Positions 12,505 to 27,159 of a stretch of DNA of 64,000 nt are shown here, in pieces. How positions within the stretch are numbered: the first letter of the stretch is position 1; every line of letters starts with the position of its first letter. The position numbers and the translations under genes were made by a program. The DNA is from the human T2T-CHM13v2.0 reference genome, Homo sapiens, in NCBI RefSeq assembly GCF_009914755.1, contig NC_060931.1. One strand, given 5' to 3'. Below the pieces are notes generated by a model, which saw nothing but the letters and a program-made list of their open reading frames with translations, had not been told where the DNA came from and ran no database searches.

Positions 12505-13560
12505 CACCAAAAGCAATTGCAACAAAAGCCAAAATTGACAAATGAGATCCAATTAAACTAAACAGCTTCTGCACAGCAAAAGAAACTACCATCAGAGTGA
12601 ACAGGCAACCTATGAATGGGAGAAAATTTTTGCAATCTACTCATTTGACAAAGGTCTAATATGCAGAATCTACAAGGAACTTAAACAAATTTACAAGAAA
12701 AAAAAACAACCCCATCAAAAAGTGGGCAAAGGATATGAACAGACACTTCTCAAAAGAAGACATTTATGCGGCCAACAAACATGAAAAATAGCTCATCATC
12801 ACTGATCACTAGAGAAATGCAAATCAAAACCACAATGAGATACTATCACATGCCAGTCAGAACGGCAATTGTTAAAAAGTCAGGAAACAATAGATGCTGG
12901 CAAGGCTGTGGAGAAATGGGAACGCTTTTACACTGTTGGTGGGAGTATAAATTAGTTCAACCATTGTGGAAGCCAGTGTGGCGATTCCTCAAGGATCTAG
13001 AACCAGAAATACCATTGGACCCAGCAATCCCATTACTGGGTATATACCCAAAGGATTATAAATCATTGTTCTATAAAGACACATGCGTATGTATGTTTAC
13101 CGCAGCACTATTTACAATAGCAAAGACTTAGAACCTACCCAAATGCCCATCAGTGATAGACTGGATAAAGAAAATGTGGCACATATACACCATGGAATAC
13201 TATGCAGCCATAAAAATGAAATGTCCTTTGCAGGGACATGGATGAAGCTGGAAGCCATCATTCTCAGCAAACTAACACAGGAACAGAAAACCAAACACTG
13301 CATGTTCTCTCTCATAAGCGGGAGTGAAACAATGAGAACACATGGACACAGGGAGGGGAACAACACACATCAGGGCCTGTCTGGGGGTGGGAGGCAGGGG
13401 AGGGAGAGCATTAGGACAAATACCTAATGCATGAGGGGCTTAAAACCTAGATGACGGGTTGATAGGTGCAGCAAACCACCATGGCACATGTATACCTATG
13501 TAACAAACCTACGCATTCTACACACATATCCCAAAACTTATAAGTAAAACAGAAAAAAAA
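12505..13560 (+). mobile_element. 5'-truncated L1PA (PA7/PA8-like)
   Basis: ORF2 C-terminus ([27 protein letters not shown]), L1PA 3'UTR, poly-A; TSD AAGAATTAGTTTTAT at 12490-12504 and 13560-13574. Confidence 0.95.
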
Positions 13561-13576
13561 AGAATTAGTTTTATAA

Positions 13577-13899
<323 letters not shown>

Positions 13900-14147
13900 C
13901 TCAGTGGGTTTTAATAAAATATTTTAGGGCCTTTTTAGCTTATTTATTTAAAATTTCAAGATCATATAGTCTTGAAGTGAACCAAAAAAATCAGAAAGAG
14001 TTACCCACTTTACCTATGGTATGTGAGGCAAGCTTTGAATGAGTAAATAAGGAGTGAATCTGTGTAATCGTCAGCTTCCATTTTGGTATAATTCTGCTTC
14101 TTATTCCCAATCTGGGTTTACGTTTTATCTTTGCAATTATATTCATT

Positions 14148-14457
<310 letters not shown>

Positions 14458-15364
14458 AACTTTCTTAAATCTCGAACAAAGCATTTACTTACTAGTTAGT
14501 GGAAACAAGATTCACATTGCATCATAGGTATTCCAGATACTTTCAGTGATGTGGAAATCAGAAACCCATAAAATTAAGTATGCCAGAAAGCAGTTTTGTA
14601 CACATCTAAGTAAATTCTCTCTTAAACAAGAGAAAGGAATAAATAGATACCAATAAACATGCATCTTTATCTCAATAATATTTTAATGATTATTTCAATG
14701 ATATTTAAAAAATCATCATGACTTGATACAATTGTTGGTACACAAAATGACGCCACTATGGTCTTCATGGAAAGTGTGACCTCATTAACGACTGAACAAT
14801 CTGACAGATTCATTCAAATATGTCTAACAGACCCTGGGTGAGTCTGGAAGCTTTGGCAGTGAAACCAGAAGGACTCAGCCTGTGAGGGAAGGTTGGTTTG
14901 TCTCCAACTCGAACTGGGAAATACCTTCTAATAAGATGACACTGTTCTTGGGAATTCCAGAATCATGAAAAGGCAGTGGAAATCACTGGGTGTAGGAATC
15001 AGCAGCTGTGGGCTTCTGGAAATAACGTCCTGGCACTTACACGACCTTGTTCCAATTCAGAGTTAAGGCTGCTCTACACTGTGTGCATTCGTGTCCGTAA
15101 AGAAAGTAGCAAAATAAAAATCATGACTGGTTTCCATTTTAGGCCTCACTCTTTGCAGTGTCCTTCTTCATTCCCAAATCTTCCATGTTGGGAAAATTAA
15201 GGTAACAAGAAAATCTCCTCTGTTCTTTTTCCACTAAATCCAAAATCATGACACAGAACTCTGTTGAAATACATCATAAAGGTAGAATTTTAAAACAAAA
15301 GGCTGAATAAAATGGAGAGGAAGATACTTAACTCCATGGCTACCTCTCTCTTAGCCAGCATCAT

Positions 15365-15505
15365 GTTATTTAAATATTATCTGCTTTTGGTCTGTTCTGT
15401 CTCCCCAACTAGACTGTGAATTCACATGTGAGAGCTATTCGTGATTCACCCTGGAGCCCTGGGTGACCGGCACAGTGTCTGACACAAGGCACTCAAGAGA
15501 TTGCA
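15365..15505 (+). mobile_element. L2 3' end fragment
   Basis: tgtctccccaactagactgtgaa...gcacagtgtctgacacaaggcactcaa. Confidence 0.7.
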
Positions 15506-16799
15506 CTTAAACTGGACTGGGCCTACTTAAGGGAGGTATCAAAAAAACATTAAAGTAATACACACATCTGGTTAGAAAAAAGAAAGCTTGCAGAATGGTT
15601 TATAATGAATGACCTAAGCCCCCAGATCTGTTCCCCATCCTGCTCACTAAAGGCAACCATTCGTAACTATGAGAATTTGTTTTTAAGGTTTCATCACATG
15701 TATTGCTAATTCAAAAAAAAAGAAGAAGAAAAAGAATGCCAGTTTCAAATTATTCATGTCTCTTTACTTAAATAGACCCAAAATATTTGGAAACACTGTC
15801 AGCAGTTATTCCAAGTTGTTGTATTCATACATTCAACAAACATATATTGTTTGCATTAAAAGTTATGGCATTTCTATTTTCATACTTTCATCAACACAGA
15901 CAAGCTTTCTTCTCCACTTAGGATGATGAAGGCATAAGTCAGTGTGACCCTAGAATTAGTGGGGACAGAACACATCAGCACTAGACAATGGGGGTGGAGA
16001 GAGGAAGGGTGAGTCAGTGTCACAATGGAATAAGCTGCTGCTCTATGAGTTACTCTTGCAGGATGGGGGTGAATTGCCAGATGCAGGAATGCACTCCCTT
16101 TTTTGCTTACTTCTCAGCAAGTGACACTCTGTACAAGAAGGGACCCATGGGTCAATTACATTATACCACATTTTACTTCTACAAACTGTGTACCAAAGCA
16201 GCTCCATGATTCACGGAACACTCCTCTTATTCTGAACAGTACAATCATCTGCAAAATCCCTTGGAATTATTTATAATGGGATTTATTTCATATTAGCAAA
16301 AACAAATGCATAAAATGGTACCACACGTATAGCACGGAAGGGTAGGAAAAACTCTGCAAAGACATGACACTTTGGGAAAACCCTCACACCAGTAAAGGGG
16401 AATAAATAATGAACTTGCCAAGAAGATACTATCAGGCGTTTGGCCAGAGAAACACATTACTGCCTTAGAGTGTTGGCCTCTGAAGGGGTATTCTGATCCC
16501 CAGGAAAAGCTGGAGCCCTGAAACCTGGTGACTCTGAGGGACCCTCTTCTCAGGATGCTTTAATAGATCTGTGAGGGCACACAGGAATTGAGAGACAAGA
16601 TGTTGATCAGGCAGCTGAACTGAATAGGCAGCTATTGGTAAAGAAAAGACAAGAAGCCAATTCAGAAAAATTCTGTTGGCAGGACTCACATCTATCTACT
16701 ACAAGAAGATCATATTCTACATAAAGTGAAGGAGAATCCAAGGCCTAGAAAGAAAACCAAGCCAATAATGATAACCAAAATACAAAAAAAAAATAGAAA

Positions 16800-17010
16800 C
16801 TCATGTTTTCCAAATGCTTAATAGCAGAAAGCTTTTCCAAAGTTAATCTGAGTGATCCCTTGTTACAATACTAACCTGTAGACATTATTTTCATTTTATG
16901 GATGAGGAAACTGAGGCTCACAGAAGCTATATAGCCTGCTAAGGGCCACAGAAGTAGTAAAGTGATTCAGATCCAAGGCTGCCTGACTCTAAATCCATGC
17001 TCCTTCTATC
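16800..17010 (-). mobile_element. MIR
   Basis: cattttatggatgaggaaactgaggctcacag...gcctgactctaaatccatgctc. Confidence 0.85.
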
Positions 17011-17750
17011 ACAACAAGGTGGATGTCTAGAAGGTGAGAAAAATCATGTATCTAAATCCATAGACAGTATGTATGGTAATACTTCTGAGGTTAACAAACA
17101 AATAAGCAAGTCTGCCTCAATGAGAAGGCACCAAACTTTTTCAGTCACTTACACTTACTTTCTTAACTGGGTCCCTTATACTATTTCCTGGGTGACTAAT
17201 TTTGGCCAGTGTTTTATAATTTTATATAATTTTAAAATATAACAGATTCAGGATTGAATAAAAAAGAAGTTATGGTCATAATTAGAGCAACATGAAAAGG
17301 TACATTACAAACATTTTCACTGTTGGAAAAGGGGCAATTCATGTTAGCTCCTATTTTCCAAACTGTTTTAAAAAAAAAAATCAAACTTTGAAATAGGTCA
17401 AAGAGAGATTTTCTTAGAAGGTTACATGTTTGTGAAAACAGAGGAAGCTAAACATTTCCATGCAATTTCCACTATACCAAATCAACTCAGAAGGTTCTTT
17501 TTCCCTACTGTAAAAAAAAATTTAAATGTCCACCTTTACGTGAATGAGGATAATAAAGTCGCATCCGCTATTCTCCTTATGTTAATGTGTCTGCAAAACA
17601 CACATTTCCCATTACCCTCCCCCTACACACACACAGAGTAAAAAATAAAATTGAACTCAACCTTCGCCCCATCCAGGGGTGTTTTTCCTTCCAGCGGTCC
17701 CACATTCTGAGTTGCTAGTAGTATTCGAGTGCTCAGGAAGCCTCCCTTAC

Positions 17751-17870
17751 CAAGTGGCATCTCCTCCAAAGAGACCACCTGATTTGTAGCGACACATGGC
17801 CCACCAGGTAAAGTAACAGCTACCCCTTGCCTTCTTTCCTCCTGTGAGCAACCCTTCTCTTCTCTTCCTG
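17751..17870 (-). other. Candidate first exon
   Basis: Strong donor TG|GTAAGG at 17751/17750; GGGCCATG at 17797 (MCRYKSGGLFGGDAT...); CRE and TATA-like element upstream; start position is a guess. Confidence 0.4.
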
Positions 17871-17954
17871 ACCCTCTTGTGTTAAGGTCCTATATGAAAA
17901 GGAGGAGGGAAGGGCTTAAAGGAGAACGAGAAAGACAAGCAGGAGTCAAGATTT

Positions 17955-17968
17955 CTGTGACGTCACAG
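17955..17968. promoter_or_regulatory. Full CRE (TGACGTCA) in a 14-bp palindrome
   Basis: CTGTGACGTCACAG; CpG retained in CpG-poor surroundings. Confidence 0.6.
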
Positions 17969-18145
17969 GACTGTTATGAGTGGCTGCTAACCATTTCTGA
18001 AAAGACATGAAAATTCTTCATCTGCCGTCAATATCTATAAGCTGTTCTCAAGTCTTTCCATTCAGCAGTTTTTCCAGGCAGGTCTCCTCACACGGTTTTT
18101 TTTTTCTTTTCTTTTTTTATTATTATTTTTTTTAACACACTAAGC

Positions 18146-18178
18146 TGACTCAGACTCACAGGCAGAAGTTCTGACTCA
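18146..18178. promoter_or_regulatory. Two AP-1 sites (TGACTCA)
   Basis: TGACTCA at 18146-18152 and 18172-18178, about 200 bp from the CRE. Confidence 0.4.
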
Positions 18179-18659
18179 TTTTTCTTTTCTTTTTTTTAGA
18201 CTCCTTGAGTCCTGAAAAGGTGTGCTCCATGTGGCATTATTAGTTCTTCTCATATAAGTGGGGAAATCCAGTCCAAAGATTAAGTCACGAAGCTATGATC
18301 TTTAAAGCTTAGAAAAAAGCAAAATATTCCTGGGAGGACCGTAATGAAACAAGGATGACAATCAAGAAGTTTTATCAAAATTCGATAGGCAGGCACTCAT
18401 TCCAGGCAAGGAAATACTGACTTCTCTGGACCACCAACCTTTCTTCTTCTCCTTCACTTTCTACCAAGGTACCTCTGCCATTCCCCTGTCTTGTCTACCT
18501 GAGGGTATGTGGCTATGCAACTTCATGGTGCCAAATCCTCAAATGAATTTTAGAATTAATTTAGTGCTCACCTGTGTTTGCATCTGGGTTTATATTTTCA
18601 GGTGATAATATGTATGTCGGTGCATGTGCACACAAGATGTGTGTAGTTACTTATAAGTG

Positions 18660-19730
<1,071 letters not shown>

Positions 19731-19969
19731 AACCACGCAATCGATCATCTATGATTGGTACAGGGCAACTTAATGGAAGAAGTGGATTATCAGTGTCTTA
19801 AAGCATGACAGTATGAGAAAGCCTTTGTGATAAATGACAGATATTTGAGGGGGCAGGTGTATGTGGGAGAGGCTCAAAGCAAAAATGGACTGGAGAAGAG
19901 ACGAAAAATACATGAGAAAAGGAGGAGTAATGAGATAATAATCAATTGTAAGAAAAGGCCTTTTAAAAA

Positions 19970-20272
19970 GACCAGGCAGGATAGCTGATGCCTATAATCC
20001 CAGCAGTTTGGGAGGCTGAGGCAAAAGAAATGCTTGAGGCCAAGAGTTCAAGACCAGCCTGGGAAACACAGCAAGACCCTGTTTCTACCAAAAAAAAAAA
20101 TTTTTTTTAATTAGCTGGGCATGGTGGCACATGCCTGTAGTCCTAGCTAACCAGGAGGCTAGAGCAGATGATTGCTTAAGCCCAGGAGTTTGAGGCTGCA
20201 GTGAATTATGATCATGCCACTGAGCTTCAGCCCAGGCGACAGAGTGAGACCCCCACCAATCTGTTAAAAAAA
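19970..20272 (+). mobile_element. AluJ
   Basis: J-type gcttgaggccaagagttc, gaggctgcagtgaattatgatc; diverged. Confidence 0.9.
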
Positions 20273-21039
20273 GGATGAGGCGGGAGAAACTTTAGTATAT
20301 ATGCATGGTAGTAATATGGAATTCTATGGCATTATTTTAAAAAGTGGAAAAGGCATTGTCTGCTCACCAACAATAACTTACATGGAAACAGTAATTAAAA
20401 CTGGGATTCCACCAAGAAAGAATCTCCATAAAAAGTATGCAATGCCTATATGATTATGTAGCAGTCAAAAAAGAAACAAAGAAAGGTTGACATGTCCAGG
20501 AAAATGTGAAAGGATTCTGGCTCCCTGTGTCTCACAGCAGCGACGGCTATGGTCTAGCTCCCTCAGTGTTCCTCTGTGTCATACTGTAGCCACGCCAATT
20601 AAAGCTTCAAGAGCTGCTTAATTTTTGAAATCAGAATCAGCCTTTTCCTTTGTGTTCATAAAACTTTAAGTCATATCTCAACAGATGAAATATTGGCATC
20701 ATTGGCTCTTTAGTTATTTACTATGTCACTGCTTTCGACTCATCAATGTCTTTTATTCTCTTTAAAGAATTCTTCTATTTATATACATAGATTTTTAAGT
20801 CTTCATCTGGTTCATTTTCTGAGGCTCCTGGAAAGCTTTCCTCTGGATAACTGAGGCATTTCTGTGGTTCTAACTTTACCTTGTTAATCGCATATTGGTA
20901 TTTAAATATTCAGTGCCATGAGTGAGAAGACAAAGGGAAAATATTTGGGAATGACCAGATACCTAAAATTTCGTCATAAATACACCTAAAATGCAACCAT
21001 CATGTGGCTATTCAGTCCGTTCACCTTCCCTTATTTCCT

Positions 21040-23500
21040 CAACAAGAATACTAGGCGATTGGCAATCACAGGTAAGACATGGACCCTACCAAGGCGTACA
21101 CAGCTCACAGTGTAATAAGTGATTAAACAATTAAATATAAGTTGATGAGTTTTGTGATACTAAAACATAACAAAAACATTAGGAAAATATGAAAGTATGA
21201 GTAGCCCACTTTCAATAACGCCCAGAAGTTTTCACCAATGAGTTGGTACTTCGAGCTGACTTTTGAAGAACTAGGAGTTAGCCCGGCTACAAAGAACATA
21301 GAGGCATTTTAGTCAGGATCATGATATAAGCCCAAGAAGGGGAGACTTTTAAGGGAAGGGTGTGTCTAGGAAATGCCAAATGGTTCAATAAAGCCAGAGA
21401 GTGCATAGGATAAGTGAGGAGGAATCTAAAAAAGGAAGATAAGAAAGCAGAGAGAAAGCAATGAAGAGTCATTGATGGGCTTTCAACCAGAAAATGGTTT
21501 GCTTGGGTTTGCTTTTTTGAAAGATTACTTAGGGGACAATGGGCAGGTGTGTTACAGGGAGATGAAAGAGGAGGCAAGAAGGAGGTGCTCTGTCTTCTGT
21601 TAATAGCAAAGTAGCTAGGTCAGAACAATTGTTCCACAGATAACAATTTTTAGATCTGGACAATTAAAAAAAAAAACTACTCAAAGGCACTACAAAGTGA
21701 ACATGGTTAGGCAAAATCTGGAGCAGAGACCCCCATTAAAAGACAAACTGCAATGAATGAAATTTGCAAGTTTGCAAATATTTGACTGTTAGCACTCCCA
21801 ATTTGCACATAGCTGGGGTTGCAGAAAGCCTCAGTTTCCTTACTTGATCAAAGTATCAGATAACTTAGGGGAAGGCAAAACTGCAGAAAGTTAGGGGGAA
21901 TATGTTAAATAGAGAGAAGTCACAAAGGCAGTGATCCCTAAAATCTGCAAATAAATCTCTCTCCCAAATCACTGGCTAAAAAATAAACTATACATACAGG
22001 TTAATCTTCTAAGTCAATGAAATCCCAATCATAACTCCAGCAGGTCTTCTGAAAATAAAAATTGACATGTTAATTCTAAAATTTATTTGGAAATGTAAAG
22101 GATCCAGAATACATTAATCTTGAAAACAGAAAAAAGATAGAGAATTCATACCACATGACTTGAAATTTACTTTAAACCTACAGGGTGTTATTGGCATAAA
22201 GATAGAAAAATAGATTAACAGAACAGAATAGAGAGTCCAGAAATAGTACAAGTCTATAGTCAATTGATTTTTGAAAAAGCCACCAAAGAAATTCAATAAA
22301 GCAAGCAATAATTTCAACAAATTATGCTGGAACAGCTAGATGTTCATATGGAAAAAAAAAGAATGAACCTCAACCTCTATCTTATAGCAAGCATAAAAAT
22401 TAATTCAAGATGAATCATACATAGACCTAAGTGTGAAAGCTAACACATAAAATTTTTAGAAGAAAACAGAAGAAGATCTTCATGACTTGCAGATAAGTAA
22501 AGATTTCTCAGAAGGACATAGAACATAATATCATTTTTAAAAATTAAAAGTTTTTGCTTATAAAAATTACATTAAGAAAATTAATAAGTATGCTTCAGAT
22601 TGGAAAAACATATTTACCAACCATGAATCTGATAATCGATTTGTATCCAGATTTTTTTAACTCCTGCAACTACTAATAAACATTTTTAAACAATTAAAAA
22701 TAGTCAAAAATAAAAACTTGAACAGACGTTTGACAAAAGAATTACCCAGTCTGTGGTATTCTGTTACAGCTGCACAAAACAGACTAAGACAGTTTATAAG
22801 TTTTACTTAAAATAAAGTCTATAAATTCGTCATTATAATAGAGTGGGGAGTGGGAATGTAAAACTAGGTAACAGCAACATGGGGTACATTATATTATTTT
22901 GTGTCCTTTGTCTATATTTGAAATTTATCAGTATAAGTTGTTTTTTAAATGAAACTTCAGTCATTCAGTGAGAGATGATGAAGGAGTGAAGTAAGAAAGC
23001 ATCAGTGAAGATAGAGAAAATAAAATGAGTCTGACTGCTATTCAGGAGATGATCTGTGAATGATATACTGAATCAATGTGAGAGATGAGAAGGAAAACAA
23101 TTCATGAATTCCAAGTCATTCATAACAGAACTGTGTTTCCATATCATTGGTTTCCATAGTAGTCCTGTATTCTTACAAACACTGTTTTGAAAGGCGGTCA
23201 GAGACATCACCAGATTGCTAAAGTGGCATGGTTGACAAGAACTTAAGAATCTGTTGATGACTCCCAACTTTCTGATTTAAACAACTAAGGGTTTCTAAGT
23301 ACCATTTCTTAAGACTAAAGATAAATTACATGAAGGCAAATAGATATTCAGAATGAGGAATGGTATTTAGAGTAATGATGATGTGAGCTAAACTTGTAAT
23401 ACTTTGATCAGAGAAGTAGAGTAAGCTATCAGATATATGGATCTGCATCTCAGAAAGAGGTCTGGGCTACAAAGACAAATTTGGCAGTCATGAGCTTAGG
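21040..23500 (-). mobile_element. L2 fragments split by an L1M insertion
   Basis: L2 antisense motifs at 21060-21590 (gagctgacttttgaagaa, gaaagattactttagg) and 22950-23500 (gagagatgatgaagg, gatgactccca, gagaggtctgggct). Confidence 0.6.
21590..22950 (+). mobile_element. L1M fragments (5' region, ORF2, 3' end) with a short MaLR LTR end at ~22740-22791
   Basis: caatgaaatcccaatc...aattctaaaatttatttggaaatg (ORF2); aattacccagtctgtggtattctgttacagc...gactaagaca (MaLR LTR 3' end). Confidence 0.75.
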
Positions 23501-24009
23501 GGAAATCTATCATTGTAAGCAATTCCTGTAAGATGCACAGCTGTTTATCTAAGGGCACCCTGGAAAAGGAAGGGTGTCTACAAGGAAGGTGAAAATACAA
23601 CCTTCATAAAGAAAGCGTGGTTTCACTTTGTCATCCATTCAATCTATCCCTAGATGCAGCCAATTCTATATCCATGTAACAAAATTCCTTCTGCAACTAG
23701 TCAGAAATGCTTTTTTCTAAATGGGGGTAGAAAAATGATGCTCACATAACATGATGTTTCAGTGAATATTTTCTTTCAAGCATCAAGAAATAATTTTTTT
23801 AAAAGAGCTAGACGTTTTGCAAAATTTACCAAAAAAGGTGCTATAAACTGTTTATAAAACTCATAATTCCTTAAAAGGATCAAGAATTGGACAGTTTTGG
23901 AGGGATTGTTCAAGGAAGCTATTGATGTGTTGAGAGTCCACAACCCTTCAATCAAGGAGAGCCAGTGGTTAGTGGGGCTTGCCGCTTCACCTCATGTCAA
24001 GAAAGAGGG

Positions 24010-24890
24010 ACTTTAAAAAGGCAGACAGAGGGCTTCACATCTGTCCTCAGCAGTCTGTGCAGTTTGGGGAACAAATAGATTTGTGTCTGAACCACATCTG
24101 ACATCAGACATGATAGCATCTAGGCTTGCTGGCTGTTTTGTTGGTGGATCTAGGAGAGGTGGTTGCACTCCCAGAGTTTGCAGAAGCAAAGGGTATTTGA
24201 GTGTCTTCCATGAACAAGGTGTGGGCTGTGCATCTGAGACAGCCATATCAGGACTGTTCAGGTACTACTCAAAAGGCATAGCAGAAATTAGCTGGAGGTG
24301 TGGCCAGGAGCCTAAGGGTCGGGAAAGGTGTAGCCCAGTAGCAACGCATTGTTTTTGTCTCAGAGAACTACAGATATGAGACCCTTAGCAATGGGGGGAG
24401 GGTATGTTCTTTTTGGGCAAAGAATACACAAAAGAACTCCACAGAGAAGTAAACTTACATATCTGCTAGATTCAGAAAGCACTGAAACTAGACTAACAAT
24501 TCATCAGCAGTTAAGTAAGCACTTTACTGTTTCCCTTATATTTCCTTCCTCCTCCTCTCTCTCAACCCAATTTAATGGGGTCTGAGACTGAGGCTAGCCT
24601 AGAGAAGAAAAGGGGTGAAGGAATACTGAGGAGAAAGAGGGAAGCTGACCACTCTCCTTCCATGACTGCAGGGCTGGGGCAGGCCCCTGTTGGAGGAGGG
24701 AAGAAAGCTCAATTCTAAATCAACTCCAGTGTTTTTGCTAGTACATAATGCTGGACGTTTCAGGTACTGAATTATCTGGTGTTTTTAACCTGAATGTTTT
24801 GTTTTGTTTTGTTTTTTAATTGCCTAAGAGTGACCAGAATTGCCAGGGAAGGACATGTCCCACTGTGCAGGTTTAAAGAATAAATGGAGG
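24010..24890 (+). mobile_element. Possible ancient LTR (MamGypLTR-like)
   Basis: Composition and motifs (ggagggaagaaagct...ctggacg...gtgacc...aataaa) recall old mammalian Gypsy-like LTRs; from memory only. Confidence 0.3.
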
Positions 24891-26090
24891 GAGAAGGCAA
24901 AGCTGTTTGATGATGGCATCCTACGAGTTGAGCATGGTCATCTCAAGTGCTACATTTTAATCATAGCAGTGATTCCTCAATCTGTCAAAATGGCTCTAAA
25001 CATTTTGGTTACCACTGTCAATTAAGATGGTGGATAGGAGGCAGGAATAGCTTGCAGCTCCTGCTCAGACAGACAGAGCAGCATGTGGAGACTCACACCA
25101 TGAACTTTTGCTCCAAGAACTACTGTAGGAACATACCAGAAAAGCTGAGAAAATCCACAGACCCTTTCAAGTAACGAACTAGATCACCTCTGCAGACTCC
25201 TTGAGACACCAAAAAACTGTGAGTCTGCTTGCTTTCTCAATGGGAAGGCTCATGGTCTGGGACAAGTTCTCAGCCCTGGTCACTGGCTGCCTGGAAATAG
25301 ACTCGGTGCTGTCGTGGGGGCATGATGAGAGTGAGACCGGCCATTAGGACTGCAGGCTGTGTGGACGATGGGTGAGGCCTGTGACTCCCCGCTTTCCCCC
25401 ACATCCCTGACAACCTGTATGACTCAGCAGAGGCAGCCAAAATCCCCCTGGGAACATAACTCCATTGGCCTGGGAACCACACCCCCATCCCCCACAGCAG
25501 CCACAGGGAGCCCTGCCCAAGGAGAGGCTGAGCTAAGACACGCCTAGCCCTGCCCTCACCTAGTGGTCTTTCTCTACCTAGCCTGGTAGCCAAAGACAAA
25601 GGTCATAATCTCTTGGGAGCTCTATGGCCCCGTCCACCACCTGAGAAACCTGAATACTAACCAGGTATCCCTGGGGAAGGTTTGCATCCTCCCTATAGGA
25701 CCGCAGCTGATGCACTCTTGAAAGCACCACCTCCTGGCTGGAGGCCAACCAACACAAAACCAGTGCACTAAACAAAAACAACCAAGGACCCTCACAGAGT
25801 CCACTTTACTCCCCTGTCACTTCCACCGGAGCAGGTGCTGGTAACCACAGCTGAAAGACCTGAAGATGGATCACATCACAGGACTCATTGCAGACACTCT
25901 CCAGTACCAGCTCAGAGCTCTGTAGCTCCACTGGGTGGCTAGCAAAACAATCACTATAGTTCGGCTCTCAGGAAGTCCCATTCCTAGGCGAAAGGGGAGA
26001 ACACCACATCAAGGGAGCACCCCGTGGGACAAATGAATCTAAACAGCAGCGCTTGAAGCCCAGATCTTTCCTCTGACATAGTCTACCCAA

Positions 26091-27110
26091 ATGAGAAGAA
26101 ACCAGAAAAACAATTCTGGTAATATGACAAAACAAGATTATTAACACCCTGAAAAATCATACCAGCTCATGAGCAATGGATCCAAACCAAGATGAAATCT
26201 CTGAATTGACAAAAAAAGAATTCAGAAGGCCGACTATTAAGCTAATCAAGGAGGCACCAGAGAAAGGTGTAGTCCAACTTAAACAAATCAAAAACGTGAT
26301 ACAGGATATGAAAGGAAAGTTCTTCAGTGAAATAGACTGCATAAATAAGAAACCATCACAACTTCTGGAAATCAAGGACACACAGAAATGCAAAATGCAC
26401 TAGAAAGTCTCAGCAATAGAATCAAACAAACAGAAGGAAGAATTTCAAAGCTCAAAGACAAGGCTTTCAAATTAACCCAATCTGTCAAAGACAAAGAAAA
26501 AAGAATTTTAAAAAATGAACAAAGCCTCCAAGAAGTTTGAGACTATGTTAAATGTCCAAAACCAAGAATAATTGGTGTTCCTGAAGAAGAAGAGAAATCT
26601 AAAAGTTTGGAAAACATATCTGAGGGAATAATGGAGGAAAACTTCCTGGCCTTGCTAGAGATCTAGACATCCAAATAAAAGCAGCTCAAAGAACACCTGG
26701 GAAATTCATTGTGAAAAGATCATTGCCTAGGCACATAGTTGTCAGGTTATCCAAAGTCCAGACAAAGGAAAGAGTCTTAAGAGCTGTGAGGCAAAAGCAG
26801 CAGGTAACCTATACAGAAAAACCTATCAGATTAACAGCAGATTTCTTAGCAGAAACCATATAAACTAGAAGGGACTGGGATTCTATTTTTAGCCTCCTTA
26901 AGCAAAACAGTTACCAGCCAAGAATTTTGTATCCAGTGAAACTAAGCTTCATAAATGAGGGATAGATACAGTCTTTTCCAGACAAACAAATGCTGAGAGA
27001 ATTTGCCACTCCCAAGTCAGCATTACAAGAACTGCTAAAAGAAGCTCTAAATCTTGAAACAAATCCTCAAAATAGAACCTTCTTAAATCATAAACCTCAC
27101 AGTACCTATA
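26091..27110 (+). pseudogene. L1 ORF1p remnant, disrupted
   Basis: MRRNQKNNSGNMTKQ..., MDPNQDEISELTKKEFRR; multiple stops and frameshifts; end approximate. Confidence 0.85.
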
Positions 27111-27159
27111 TAACAATAACACAGTGTAAAAAACACAAGGTATTCAGGCAACAAATAGC

